Shown: piece by piece, positions 15,939 through 25,635 of the stretch
Layout of the letters: every line of letters begins with the position of its first letter
Position numbering within the stretch: the first letter of the stretch is position 1
Assembly (NCBI GenBank): GCA_047602405.1
Contig: JASGHJ010000002.1
Location: 2,304,001 to 2,368,000 of the forward strand
Direction: 5' to 3'
Length of the DNA: 64,000 bases
DNA from: Anaeromyxobacteraceae bacterium
GTDB taxonomy: Bacteria; Myxococcota; Myxococcia; Myxococcales; Anaeromyxobacteraceae
Translations under genes and position numbers: made by a program
The notes under the pieces: generated by a model
Database searches by the model: none
The model's input: only the letters and a program-made list of their open reading frames with translations
What the model was told of the DNA's origin: nothing

Positions 15939-16628
15939 CTACCGGGGCGCCGCCCGGGGCGGCGAGGTGGTCCCGTCGGCGTAGGCGATGGACGCGACGC
16001 GGGCCGGCGGGAAGCGGCGCTCGTGGCCGTCCACCGTGCGGACCACGATGAGGTCCGCGGTCTCCTCGACGACGAAGGCGCGCACGCGGCCGCCGCCCTC
16101 GAGGAAGAGCGTGTCGAGCCGCTCGACGGGGATGACCATCGGCCCCGCGGAGGGCTCGGGCTGGGCCGCGGGCGCCGGAGCGACCGCCGGCGCCGGGTGG
16201 GCTTCCGGGGCCGCGAGGACGGGAGCGGGTGCCGGCTCCGGAGCCGGGGCCGGCGTCGGGGCCGCGGCGGGCGCGGGAGGCGGCGCCGCCTCGGCCGCCG
16301 GGGGTGCCGGGACGGGGACGACCTCGGGCAGGGGCGTGGGCGCCGGGGCGGGGGCCGGAGCGGGCGCGGCGGCCGGCTCGCGCACGGGCTCCGGCTCCGG
16401 CGCGCGCGGCGCGGGCTCGCCAGGCTGCCAGGTCGTCCCGTCCGCGAGGACGATCCTGCGCACCTCGGCGGGAGGGAAGCGGCGGGTCGTGCCGTCGGCG
16501 AGCCGCAGGGTGACGCCGGCCGGGCCGGCCTCGACCACGGCGCCGCGGACGCGGCCGCCCTCGGCGGTGAACAGGGTGGCCTCGGGCGACGAGACGCCGA
16601 GCACGGCAGCCAGGATGACGGGGAGCAT
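15939..16628 (-). CDS. Secreted protein with two similar small domains joined by a Pro/Ala linker
   Basis: Signal peptide; LFxxxGGRVRxxVVE...DGxxRRFPPAxV occurs twice. Confidence 0.7.
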   Translation of the reverse strand: MLPVILAAVLGVSSPEATLFTAEGGRVRGAVVEAGPAGVTLRLADGTTRRFPPAEVRRIVLADGTTWQPGEPAPRAPEPEPVREPAAAPAPAPAPAPTPLPEVVPVPAPPAAEAAPPPAPAAAPTPAPAPEPAPAPVLAAPEAHPAPAVAPAPAAQPEPSAGPMVIPVERLDTLFLEGGGRVRAFVVEETADLIVVRTVDGHERRFPPARVASIAYADGTTSPPRAAPR

Positions 16629-16660
16629 GCGTTCCTCCGGGAGGTCCGGGGAGGCGGATA

Positions 16661-16675
16661 GCGACTATCGTGCCG
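16661..16675 (-). promoter_or_regulatory. Putative sigma54 -24/-12 promoter
   Basis: CGGCAC-N5-TCGC about 33 bp upstream of the ATG at 16628. Confidence 0.5.
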
Positions 16676-16791
16676 GCCGGTGCTGCGCAGGAGTTCCGGG
16701 CACTTGAGACCCGACGCCGGGCGTCGGCCCGGCACACCGTGGCAACGCCTTCACACGCGGGCGGCGCCCGGGAAGGGGCGTCGCCGGGCGC

Positions 16792-17301
16792 TCAGGCGCC
16801 CTCCCCCGGGACGACCTCCTCGAAGACGCCGCTCTCCCGGTTCTTCCGGACCCGGTCGCCCGGGTAGACCCGGCCGTTCATCGCGACGTACACGCCCGCC
16901 GGGAGCACCTGCGCGAAGGAGAGCGCGCTCCCCAGGTTGAAGAGCCCGTCGGAGCTCCCGAAGGCGTACGGGATCATCGCGCCGGTGAGGACGATGGTCT
17001 TCGGGAGGCGCGCGGCGACGAGCGCCCGCGCCGTGTCCGCCATGGTGTCGGTCCCGTGCGTCACGAGGAGGCGCGCCTCGACGGTGCCACGGCAGCGGTC
17101 GACGATCGCGGCGCGGTCGGCGTCGGTCAGGTCGAGGCTGTCCTTCATCATGAGCGTCTCGATCGCGAGGTCGAGCCGGCAGCGGGCGAGGCGGAGCATC
17201 TCCTCGAGGTGGGTGGTCTTGAAGTAGAGCCGGCCGTTCAGCTCGTCGTAGTCCTTGTCGAAGGTCCCGCCCGTCACGAACACCCTGATCCTTCCGCTCA
17301 C
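16792..17301 (-). CDS. Asparaginase N-terminal-domain protein
   Basis: TGGTFDK, THGTDTM, VLTGAMIP motifs. Confidence 0.9.
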   Translation of the reverse strand: MSGRIRVFVTGGTFDKDYDELNGRLYFKTTHLEEMLRLARCRLDLAIETLMMKDSLDLTDADRAAIVDRCRGTVEARLLVTHGTDTMADTARALVAARLPKTIVLTGAMIPYAFGSSDGLFNLGSALSFAQVLPAGVYVAMNGRVYPGDRVRKNRESGVFEEVVPGEGA

Positions 17302-17348
17302 GTTCGCCCTCCCGCGCGGTCGCGCGCGCGGATCTACTCCGGGGTAGC

Positions 17349-18269
17349 ATGTCCGCCATGGAACCCGCGCAGCCCCCCGCGCCCGGCGCGCCCGCCCCCG
17401 CCGGCTGCCCCAACTGCGGCGGCCCGGCGCCGGCGCGGTTCTGCCCGGCCTGCGGCCAGGAGCAGCGCGCGCTGCGGGTGCCGTTCCGGCGGGTCGTGGC
17501 CGACGCGCTCGACGAGGCGCTCTCGCTCGACTCCCGGCTCGCTCATACCCTCCCCGCCCTGTTCCTCAGGCCTGGCGCGGCGAGCCTCGCGTGGCGCGAG
17601 GGCCGGCGGGCCTCCCACACCTCGCCGACGAAGCTCTACCTCCTCGCGAGCTTCGTCTTCTTCCTCGCGGTCGCGGCGGGGCCGAACTTCGGCGTGCAGG
17701 CGGGCACGAAGGGCGTCCGCCTGGGCCCCTCGGAGCCGCGCTCCCAGGAGATGAGCCTGGGCGGGGCGGCCACGGTGACCTCCCCGGTGGAGGCCTCCGA
17801 CGCGGAGCTCGCCGACATGCGCGCGCGAGGCCTCCTGGGGCGCACCTTCGCCGAGCACGTGGAGAGGCTGAAGAAGCTCCCGCCCGAGGACGCCCAGCGG
17901 AGGCTCAACGCCGTCTTCGTCGACAACACCGCGCGCGCGATGTTCGTGATCCTCCCGCTCGCGGCGCTCCTGCTCCTCCTCCTGCACCCGCGGCGCGGCC
18001 TCTTCTACACGGACCACCTCGTCTTCGCGGCCCACGCGCAGACGGTGACGTTCGTGCTCCTCACGCCCGGGCTCCTGTTCGCGAGCGGCGGCCTCTCCTT
18101 CGCCGGCGGGGCCGCGGCCTGCGGGCACCTCCTCCTCGCCATGCGCCGCCACTACGGCACCGGCTGGGCGGGCACGGCGCTCCGCTGGCTCCTCCTGTCC
18201 TTCGGGTACCTCCTGCTCCTCACGGTCGCGGTTGCCGGAGCCGCCGTCGTCGCCATCCTGACCTCCTGA
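17349..18269 (+). CDS. DUF3667-like membrane protein with N-terminal zinc ribbon
   Basis: CPNCG...FCPACGQ, SPTKLYL, several TM helices. Confidence 0.8.
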   Translation: MSAMEPAQPPAPGAPAPAGCPNCGGPAPARFCPACGQEQRALRVPFRRVVADALDEALSLDSRLAHTLPALFLRPGAASLAWREGRRASHTSPTKLYLLASFVFFLAVAAGPNFGVQAGTKGVRLGPSEPRSQEMSLGGAATVTSPVEASDAELADMRARGLLGRTFAEHVERLKKLPPEDAQRRLNAVFVDNTARAMFVILPLAALLLLLLHPRRGLFYTDHLVFAAHAQTVTFVLLTPGLLFASGGLSFAGGAAACGHLLLAMRRHYGTGWAGTALRWLLLSFGYLLLLTVAVAGAAVVAILTS

Positions 18270-18283
18270 GGACCGGAGGAACC

Positions 18284-18529
18284 ATGAGCGAGACGGGCGA
18301 GCGGCCGGACGCGCCGCGGGACGAGGAGCACCGGAACGAGGGCGAGGGCAGCCGCACGGCCGCCCGCCGCTACGGCGAGGGGGTCCGGCGCCACATCGAG
18401 CAGGGCCGGACCGAGGCGGAGGCCGAGTCGGCGGAGCGCGCCCTCGAGGCGGACCCGGAGGACCTCGAGCGCGCCGAGCGCGAGGGGAAGGCGAAGAGCG
18501 CGGGCGAGGCGCCCGGCGACCTCGAGTGA
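18284..18529 (+). CDS. Small hydrophilic hypothetical protein
   Basis: GGAGGA RBS; NEGEGSRTAARRY motif. Confidence 0.75.
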   Translation: MSETGERPDAPRDEEHRNEGEGSRTAARRYGEGVRRHIEQGRTEAEAESAERALEADPEDLERAEREGKAKSAGEAPGDLE

Positions 18530-19753
18530 TCAGGCCTGCGCGGGGCCGTCGACGAGCGACCGCCACCAGGTGCGGGCCGGGCCGGACAGCCCGAAGGGCT
18601 GGAGCTCGACCGCGTAGCCGTCGGGCGTGCGCCGGCAGAGCCGGGTGAGGGCCCAGATGGCGAGCGGCTCCTCGGCGTACACCTTCGCCTGCAGCAGGCG
18701 GTGCTCGGGCAGCGGCTCCTGCCCCTTCATCACGAGCCCGTCGCGCTTCACCGCGGTCGCGGTGTAGAGCCGCGGGCGGTGGGCGACGCTCACCGAGACG
18801 CCGATGTTGACCGGCCGGCCCTCGCCCGCGAGGACCGACTCCGGCACGTCGATCCGGGGCGAGCCGACGAAGGCGGCGCCGGCCGGGGTCTCGAAGGCGG
18901 CGACGAACTCGGGCACCTCCTCGAGGACCCGCGCCACCGCCTCGCGCTCGGCGGCCGAGGAGAGCCCCTTCACCGCGGCGAGATCCGGCGGCGCGACGCC
19001 GGTGCGGGTCATCGCGAGCTCGATGATCTCGTCGGAGAGCTGCACCACCTCGATGACCTTCCGGTCGCGGGGCGGCTTGCCCTCGCCGTGGTGCGAGGCG
19101 ATGACGTCGCGCACGAGCGGGGGCAGGTTCCAGCGCTCGGCGAGCGCCATCCCGACGGGCACGTGGTGCCGCTCGAGGACGCCCGCCCAGGTCTCCACCG
19201 GCTGCGGGCTCCGCACGAGCACGGTCTCGAGGAGCTGCTCGAGCGCGGCCGTCGCGACGACCTTGCCGAAGTCGTGGAGGAGGCCGATGACGAAGGCCTC
19301 CTCGGCCTTCAGGCCGCGGAGCCGCGCGAGCTCCTGGCACACCGCCGCGCTCGCGAGCCCCTCGATCCAGACGAGCCGGCGCACCGGCGCGAGGGCCCCG
19401 AGGGCCTGCGCGTGCGTGGAGAGGCCGGAGGCGAGCAGGAGCCGGATGACCTCCTGCGCGCCGATCCGGGTGACCGCCTGCATGAGGTCGGTGACCGCGG
19501 CCGGGCCGCGGCGGTACATGGCCGAGTTCGCGCAGCGCAGGATGCTCGCGGCGAGGGCCTGGTCCGCGCCGACCACCTGGGCGACCTCGGAGAGCCCGGA
19601 GTCCTTCTTGCCGAGCAGCTCGTGGACGCGGACCGCGACGGCCGGGTACGGCGGGACGGGCAGGTCGCGCGACTCCACGAGCGACACGAGCTCGCGCTCG
19701 ATGGCCGCGACCTCGCCGGGGGGCTTCGTCCTTCTCAGCTCGTCGTGGGTCAA
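18530..19753 (-). CDS. HDOD domain protein with C-terminal extension
   Basis: LPVPPYP, ILRCANSA, GLLHDFGK, WNLP. Confidence 0.88.
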   Translation of the reverse strand: MTHDELRRTKPPGEVAAIERELVSLVESRDLPVPPYPAVAVRVHELLGKKDSGLSEVAQVVGADQALAASILRCANSAMYRRGPAAVTDLMQAVTRIGAQEVIRLLLASGLSTHAQALGALAPVRRLVWIEGLASAAVCQELARLRGLKAEEAFVIGLLHDFGKVVATAALEQLLETVLVRSPQPVETWAGVLERHHVPVGMALAERWNLPPLVRDVIASHHGEGKPPRDRKVIEVVQLSDEIIELAMTRTGVAPPDLAAVKGLSSAAEREAVARVLEEVPEFVAAFETPAGAAFVGSPRIDVPESVLAGEGRPVNIGVSVSVAHRPRLYTATAVKRDGLVMKGQEPLPEHRLLQAKVYAEEPLAIWALTRLCRRTPDGYAVELQPFGLSGPARTWWRSLVDGPAQA

Positions 19754-19919
19754 GGCGTCTCGTCGGGACGGCTCTGCGGTGAGGCGGCGCTGCGGAGGAG
19801 AGCATTACCCGTTCAGGGTGGTCGGGGCAACGGCCCGTGTGCCTGGGGAGCACGGTAACCCGGCGTCCTCCCGAGGTCCAACCTGCCGGGATCCCGAGGG
19901 TCCGGGGGGTCTTCTGGTG

Positions 19920-19934
19920 TGGCCCGCGCCGTGC
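19920..19934 (+). promoter_or_regulatory. Putative sigma54 promoter
   Basis: TGGCCC-N5-GTGC about 50 bp upstream of the lipoprotein start. Confidence 0.5.
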
Positions 19935-19984
19935 AATCCTCCGGGGTACGGGGCGAACACGACGGCCCCTGGAGGCATCGGACC

Positions 19985-20437
19985 ATGCGGCTCACCCAGA
20001 TCTTCGCCCTCGCCCTCGTCGGCCCCGTCCTCGCGAGCGGCTGTGTCGTCACCACCACCCGCGCCACCACCTGGACCGACCAGGGCCCACAGGGCTACCA
20101 GGAGTGGGCCCGCTACGGCCGCGTCGACCAGGTCCGGGAGGTCGTCACCGAGACGCGCGGCGACCCGGCCGGCGGCGCCGTGGCGGGCGCGGTCATCGGC
20201 GGCCTCATCGGCAGCGCGATGGGCGGGCGGCACAACGGCGCGAGCACGGTCGCCGGCGCCATCGGCGGCGCGATGATCGGCGCGAACGCGAGCCAGGGCG
20301 GCTCGGTCCGCCGGCGCTACGAGGTCACCGTCCGGTTCGACGACGGCGGCGTGCAGACCTTCGTCTACGCGAACGGCTCGCCCTTCCGCCCCGGCGACTA
20401 CGTGACGCAGACCCCGCAGGGCCTCTACCCCCGGTGA
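19985..20437 (+). CDS. Glycine-zipper 2TM lipoprotein (SlyB-like)
   Basis: Lipobox ASGC; GAVAGAVIGGLIGSAMGG; YEVTVRFDDG. Confidence 0.85.
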   Translation: MRLTQIFALALVGPVLASGCVVTTTRATTWTDQGPQGYQEWARYGRVDQVREVVTETRGDPAGGAVAGAVIGGLIGSAMGGRHNGASTVAGAIGGAMIGANASQGGSVRRRYEVTVRFDDGGVQTFVYANGSPFRPGDYVTQTPQGLYPR

Positions 20438-20635
20438 ACGGCAATCGGTCGCGGGTCATGCCCGCGGCTGCCCCTCGCCCCTCCAGGCCCGCGCCCGGAG
20501 GGGCGTTCTCTCTTTCGGGCTAACGCGTCGGGGCCCCAAGGAGGCATGAACAAGGGATTGGGCAGGGGCCTCCGGTTGGTCTAGAACGGGGCTCCCTGGC
20601 GCAGCTTCCTACCCGATCCACCAAGGGGGTTTCTC

Positions 20636-21236
20636 GTGAAGAGGTTCTCGCTCGCAGCAGTGCTCGTCGCCGCCCTGTTCGCCGCCGCTCCCGCGCAGGC
20701 CCAGACGAAGAAGGCCGCCACGGCGCCTGCCACCACCGCCACCGCGATCGCCGCCGACGGCGGCCCGACGATGGACAACGAGATCTCCGCGTGGGGCATC
20801 CTCGGCTACGGCTACCTCGACACGGGCTTCGGGCTCGGCGCGCGCTACCAGAAGATCCTGGTCCCGGCCTCGAAGAAGCTTCCTCAAGCTCCAGAACGGC
20901 ATCCGTGACGAGATCGGCATCGAGGGCGGCCTCGACTTCGTCCACTACAGCTACGGCTACTTCGGCTACGACTGGACCTACAACGAGTTCTCGTTCGTGG
21001 TCGGCGGCACCTGGAACTTCTGGCTGAACGAGAAGCTCGCCGTCTACCCGAAGATCGACCTCGGCTTCGGCTTCGGCTCCTGGTCATCGAACGTGACCGG
21101 CCTCGGCGACCCGAACACGGGCGGCGGCCTCTTCCTCCAGGGCGCCGCGGGCGTCGTCTACAAGCTCGACCGCCTCGCGCTCCGCGCGGAGCTCGGCACC
21201 CGCTACCTGCGCCTCGGCGCGGGCTTCAACTTCTGA
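20636..21236 (+). CDS. Small outer-membrane beta-barrel protein (frameshift ~20876)
   Basis: Signal peptide, alternating aromatic strands, ends LRLGAGFNF. Confidence 0.75.
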
Positions 21237-21308
21237 GTTTCACGGGGGGCCGTAGGCCCCCGCCCCATGAGCAGAGCTCATGGGGCCCCACCCCTGGATC
21301 AGCTCCGC
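21231..21308 (+). repeat. Dispersed palindromic repeat, copy 2
   Basis: Hairpin CCCCATGAGC-AGA-GCTCATGGGG; flanks shared with 5437-5512. Confidence 0.7.
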
Positions 21309-21359
21309 CTGGCCGCAGCCGCTTCCGCGGCTGCGGCGAAGGCTTCGCTGGGGGAAACG

Positions 21360-21398
21360 AGAAGGGCCCGGTCCGTCCGACCGGGCCCTTTGTCTTTC
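21360..21398 (+). terminator. Intrinsic terminator-like hairpin
   Basis: AAGGGCCCGGTC...GACCGGGCCCTT followed by TGTCTTT. Confidence 0.7.
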
Positions 21399-21438
21399 CT
21401 GGCCCCTGCGTCCCCACCTCCTGGTGACGTTTCAGATG

Positions 21439-21706
21439 GGCCTCCTCGCGGGGTCTCTCCGCTCCTCGGGCGCAAGGCAAAGGCCCGCCGCGTGGGGGAT
21501 CCTGGAGACGCTGCGGAGAAGGGGACCGCCGCGGCACCACCACGCGCGCCGGGCGAGGCGGGGGACGTGGGGAACGGGGCAGAAGCGGGTCGATGACGGA
21601 GGCGCGGTGCTGGCCGCCTCGCCCGTCACGCTTGGTGCAGATCGCGGCTCCGATCTTGGGCGGGCCTGCCGGCGCCCTGCGGGGCGGAGAGACCCCGCGA
21701 TCGGCC
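21439..21706 (+). repeat. Structured ~268-bp element, unit A
   Basis: Perfect 17-bp inverted repeat 21446-21462 / 21684-21700 with further nested pairing. Confidence 0.75.
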
Positions 21707-21830
21707 CACGGAGCGTGGCGATGTGGTGAGGGCACCTGTTCCAGGCGCTGACGCCCACCCGTCCCGTCCGCGCGCCGATCCCATCCGCCCCGCCACGTGC
21801 GGCCCTTCCCCGAACCTCGACGCCCCCTGC

Positions 21831-22079
21831 GGCCGATCGCTGGGCCTCTCCGCCCGGAGGGCCCTCGGCTGACCCGCCCGACCCTCGGACCGGATGCGAC
21901 GACCGCGTCAGGACGAGGCCGCGCGCGACGCCTCGATCCACTCCACGACGCCCCTGCGGCCGAGTCCTGGCGCGCCTGTCGTCGCAGCGGGCCACCCCTT
22001 CTCGCTCCCTCCCCGGCCACGGTGAACCGGCGGGGCCTTGCCCAAGGGCCCGAGGACGGAGAGGCCCAGCGAGGAGGCC
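21831..22079 (-). repeat. Structured ~249-bp element, unit B (inverted, diverged copy of A)
   Basis: Perfect 16-bp inverted repeat 21837-21852 / 22057-22072; same asymmetric ends as unit A. Confidence 0.75.
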
Positions 22080-22108
22080 GCCACCGAGACGCCGGCAGGG
22101 TCGAGAGG

Positions 22109-23884
22109 TTAGGCGAGCTCCAGCCACTCGAACCAGACCGGGTGGTTCGCCTTGTACCAGAGGAGCACGTCCCGGATGCGGGCCTGCTTCTCCTTGGGCA
22201 TGACCTTGTCGTCGACGCGGTCGAAGTGGACGCGGATGTGCTCGCCGTCGTGCTCGAGCGCCTGCGAGAACATGGTCTGCAGCTCGTTCCGGATGCGGCC
22301 CGAGTCGGAGATCTTCACGGCGCGCTTCGAGAAGTCGACGCCGGAGAGGAACCGGACGAGGAGCGGGCTGAAGACGTGGCGCATCTCCTCGAACGGCTCC
22401 ATCAGCTTCAGCGTGAAGGTGATGAGCGACGAGGCGTTGCGGGTCGCGAGCCGGGTGGTCACCGCGTAGCGGCCGTCGCCGAGCTCGCGCACGCCCTCCA
22501 CGCCGGTGTACGGGTCGAGGCACATGTAGCCGAGGCTCGCGAGCACCTTCCAGCTCTTCTCCGGCAGGAAGTCGTCGGCGCGCAGCACCCGGCGGCCGAT
22601 CTGCAGCGGCATGTTGGACTGCTCGGCCTCCCGGATCGCGTCGGCATAGTCCTTCACCTTGCCGTCGTCGAGCGGCACGCCGCCGTGGATCTCGGCGACC
22701 CGCTTCGCGAAGTCCGGCGCGTCGGGGTCGAGGAGCATGAGCTTGCCCTCCTCCTGGCAGGGCAGCTCGAAGGTCGGCGAGAAGCAGGCCATCGTGGCGT
22801 CGACGTCGAGGACCTCGGAGAGGCTCGAGGCCTGCATCGCCTCGGCGGTCGCCGCGTAGCCGTCGCACAGGAACACGTGCTGCGCGCCCGCGGCGTCCTT
22901 CCAGGCGCCGACGAGGAAGGTCGGGGCGTACGTGCCGGAGTCGGTGAAGACCTCGGCGCCGGCCGGCGTCTTCCACCCGTCCTCGACGAGGTGGACGCCG
23001 AGCGCCTTCCACTCCTCCCAGAGCTTGCCGAGACGGGCCACGCGGCTCTTCCCGCGCAGCGTCCAGACGTGCACGTTCTTCCGGTCGAGCCCCGGGTACG
23101 CCGCCTCGACCGCCTCGATCACCTGCTTGCGTGGCGTGCGGTAGTCGAGGAGCACCGAGTTGCGCTCGGCGGTCTCGGCCACGTGGCGCGGCACGGTGAG
23201 GCGGCCCATGTACGACTCGTAGGGCTTCGAGACCGTGAGCGGCGAGTCGAACAGGTGCAGCACCGCCATCGGGCCGGTGCTCTTCCCCTCGGCGAAGCGG
23301 GAGGTGTTCTCGAGCGTGTCGATCGCGGCGCCCCAGACCGTGATGCCGCGGCGCTGCAGCCCGGAGTAGAACTCGTCGAAGCCGTGCGCCGGATCGTTGA
23401 GGAGCCGGTGGACGGCGCGGTCGACCTGGCGGGCGACCTCGGGCCGGGCGTACACGCGCCCGAAGCCGAGCAGCGGGTTCGCGCCCATCTCCGGCGTCTC
23501 GCCGGCCTTCGGCATGAGCCCCTCGCCGAGGGACACCATGATGGCGTGGTTCTCGGGGAGCGTGCGGGTGAGGTGCCAGAGCCCCTCGCTCATCACGTAC
23601 GCGCTGATGGCGTCGGCGGCCTTCTTCACCTGGTTGTAGGTGGACTTGTCCTTGCCCGCGCCGCCGCCGAAGTCGCCGAAGAGCCGCGTGCCGAGGGCCG
23701 TGGCCGCGGACGTCAGGGCGAGGCAGCGCGCGATGCCGCGGGGCGTGAACGTGAAGGCCGAGACCGGCTCCGCCTGCGCGCGGTCGACCTGGACGTCCTC
23801 CAGCCAGAGGTGGAAGCGGGTGAGCACCGGCCGGGTGTCGTAGGCCCACTGGGCGACGAGGTTGCGCTTCGCGGCGTCGGGCAT
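22109..23884 (-). CDS. Hypothetical 591-aa protein with GlpX/FBPase class II-like motifs
   Basis: VSLGEGLMPK...PEMG and AIDTLENT resemble GlpX IGEGE..EAPML and AVDPLEGT. Confidence 0.6.
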   Translation of the reverse strand: MPDAAKRNLVAQWAYDTRPVLTRFHLWLEDVQVDRAQAEPVSAFTFTPRGIARCLALTSAATALGTRLFGDFGGGAGKDKSTYNQVKKAADAISAYVMSEGLWHLTRTLPENHAIMVSLGEGLMPKAGETPEMGANPLLGFGRVYARPEVARQVDRAVHRLLNDPAHGFDEFYSGLQRRGITVWGAAIDTLENTSRFAEGKSTGPMAVLHLFDSPLTVSKPYESYMGRLTVPRHVAETAERNSVLLDYRTPRKQVIEAVEAAYPGLDRKNVHVWTLRGKSRVARLGKLWEEWKALGVHLVEDGWKTPAGAEVFTDSGTYAPTFLVGAWKDAAGAQHVFLCDGYAATAEAMQASSLSEVLDVDATMACFSPTFELPCQEEGKLMLLDPDAPDFAKRVAEIHGGVPLDDGKVKDYADAIREAEQSNMPLQIGRRVLRADDFLPEKSWKVLASLGYMCLDPYTGVEGVRELGDGRYAVTTRLATRNASSLITFTLKLMEPFEEMRHVFSPLLVRFLSGVDFSKRAVKISDSGRIRNELQTMFSQALEHDGEHIRVHFDRVDDKVMPKEKQARIRDVLLWYKANHPVWFEWLELA

Positions 23885-23997
23885 GGGGTCCTTCGACTCC
23901 GGCCCGCCTGCGGCGGGCCTACGCTCAGGATGAACGGCAAACGGACTCTTGGACTGCGGGTCCAATCTAGCGTGATCGCGGCCGGGTGGGGACCAAA

Positions 23998-25566
23998 CTA
24001 ACGTCCCGTGTTCGCGGCCGGGAGGGGCCCGGTCGCGTCCCTCGACTCCGGCCCGATCTCGTCGGACCTGCGCTCGAGGCCGGCGGCCAGGGGCACCACG
24101 ATCGTGAACGTCGTGCCCTTCCCCACGGCGCTGCGCGCCCCGATGTACCCGCCGCTCTGCCGGACGGCGCCGTAGGCCGTCGACAGCCCGAGCCCGGTCC
24201 CCTGCCCGCGCGGCTTCGTCGTGTAGAAGGGCTCGAACAGGCGGGCCAGGGCGGCCTCCTCGATGCCGACCCCGTCGTCCTCCACCTCGAGCACCGCGTA
24301 GGTGCCGGGCGGCGCGGTGTCGGGGCCGAGCCAGGCCGGCGCGGTGAGCTCCCGCACCTCCACGCGCACCACGATCCGGCCCCCCTCCGCGATGGCGTCC
24401 CGCGCGTTGAGCGCGAGGTTCATGAGGGCCTGCGCGAGCTGATCCGGGTCCGCTTCCACCGGCGCCCGGACCGCCGCCTCGATCGCGAGCGTCGCCCGGA
24501 CCGGCAGCGACTTCGGCAGGAGCGACGCCGTGTCGCGGACGAGCTCGGCGAGGTCGAACCGGTGCGGGTGGAACGGCTGGCTCCGCGCGAAGGTCAGGAG
24601 CTGGCGCGAGAGCCGGACCGCGCGGCCGTGGGCGGCCATGATCTGCCCGAGCGCCTCGCTGCGATCCGGCGCGGGCGCGCCCTTCGCGAGCGGCTCGAGC
24701 CACGACTCGATGACGGCGAGCAGGTTCTTGATGTCGTGCGCGATCCCGCTGGCGAGCCGCCCCACCGCCTCCATCTTCTGGCTCTGGCGGAGCTGGTCGA
24801 GGAGGACCGTCCGCTCCGCCTCCGCGCGCTGGCGCTCGGCGGCGAGCGCCAGGGTGCGCGCCCGCTCCTCCTCGAGGAGCCAGATGACGAGCCCGATGCC
24901 GAGCGTCGCCACCACGGCGACGTCGCCGGCGGGGACGTACGCGAACACGACCGCCTGGCGGAAGTCCGGGAAGGCGAGCCGCAGGGCGAACACCGCCGCG
25001 ACCGCCGCCTGGACGAGCGCGGAGACCGCGAAGGCCCCCGCGACGACGCGCGCGCCGAGCCGGGCCCGGTGCCGCCGCAGGATCAGGAGCGCCGCCGCGC
25101 TGAAGCCGATCGCGACCACGAGCGACCGGAGCCCCACCCGCACCACGAGCCGGATCGCCGGGCTCGCGTCGATCGTCGCGAGGACGAGCACGAGCGCGAG
25201 CGCCGCGAGCCCCACGACGAGCCAGGCCCGGGTGGCCGCGGGGAGCGCGCGCCCCTGGTCGAGCTCCTCGGCGCCCGCCACGAGGAGCGCCGCGAAGAGC
25301 CACGCCCCCACCGCGGCGAGCGACGAGACCGTCGTCCGCGTCAGGAGCCCCGCGCCCTGGTCGTGCAGCGCGAGCGAGGCCGCCGACGCGCCCTGGTAGA
25401 CCGCGCTCGCGGCGAAGCCCGCGGCCCAGGTCGCGAGGTGGGCGCGCGGGTAGCGGGCGCGCAGCCCGAACAGCACGACGGCCACGAGCACCGACAGCAC
25501 CGCGGCGAGGCCGTACCCCACCGTCAGCGTCGCCATGTACGCGGGATCGGCCGCGGCCGGGTTCAC
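23998..25566 (-). CDS. Multi-TM sensor histidine kinase
   Basis: About 7 TM helices; QSQKMEAVGRLASGIAHD; NLALNARDA; FEPFYTTK; GTGLGL; no receiver domain. Confidence 0.9.
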   Translation of the reverse strand: MNPAAADPAYMATLTVGYGLAAVLSVLVAVVLFGLRARYPRAHLATWAAGFAASAVYQGASAASLALHDQGAGLLTRTTVSSLAAVGAWLFAALLVAGAEELDQGRALPAATRAWLVVGLAALALVLVLATIDASPAIRLVVRVGLRSLVVAIGFSAAALLILRRHRARLGARVVAGAFAVSALVQAAVAAVFALRLAFPDFRQAVVFAYVPAGDVAVVATLGIGLVIWLLEEERARTLALAAERQRAEAERTVLLDQLRQSQKMEAVGRLASGIAHDIKNLLAVIESWLEPLAKGAPAPDRSEALGQIMAAHGRAVRLSRQLLTFARSQPFHPHRFDLAELVRDTASLLPKSLPVRATLAIEAAVRAPVEADPDQLAQALMNLALNARDAIAEGGRIVVRVEVRELTAPAWLGPDTAPPGTYAVLEVEDDGVGIEEAALARLFEPFYTTKPRGQGTGLGLSTAYGAVRQSGGYIGARSAVGKGTTFTIVVPLAAGLERRSDEIGPESRDATGPLPAANTGR

Positions 25567-25635
25567 CCAGCGATGAGAGCACCCACGGGGACCCTCCGTA
25601 AAGGTCGCGGCCGGGCCCTGCCGGGGCGGGTCAGC

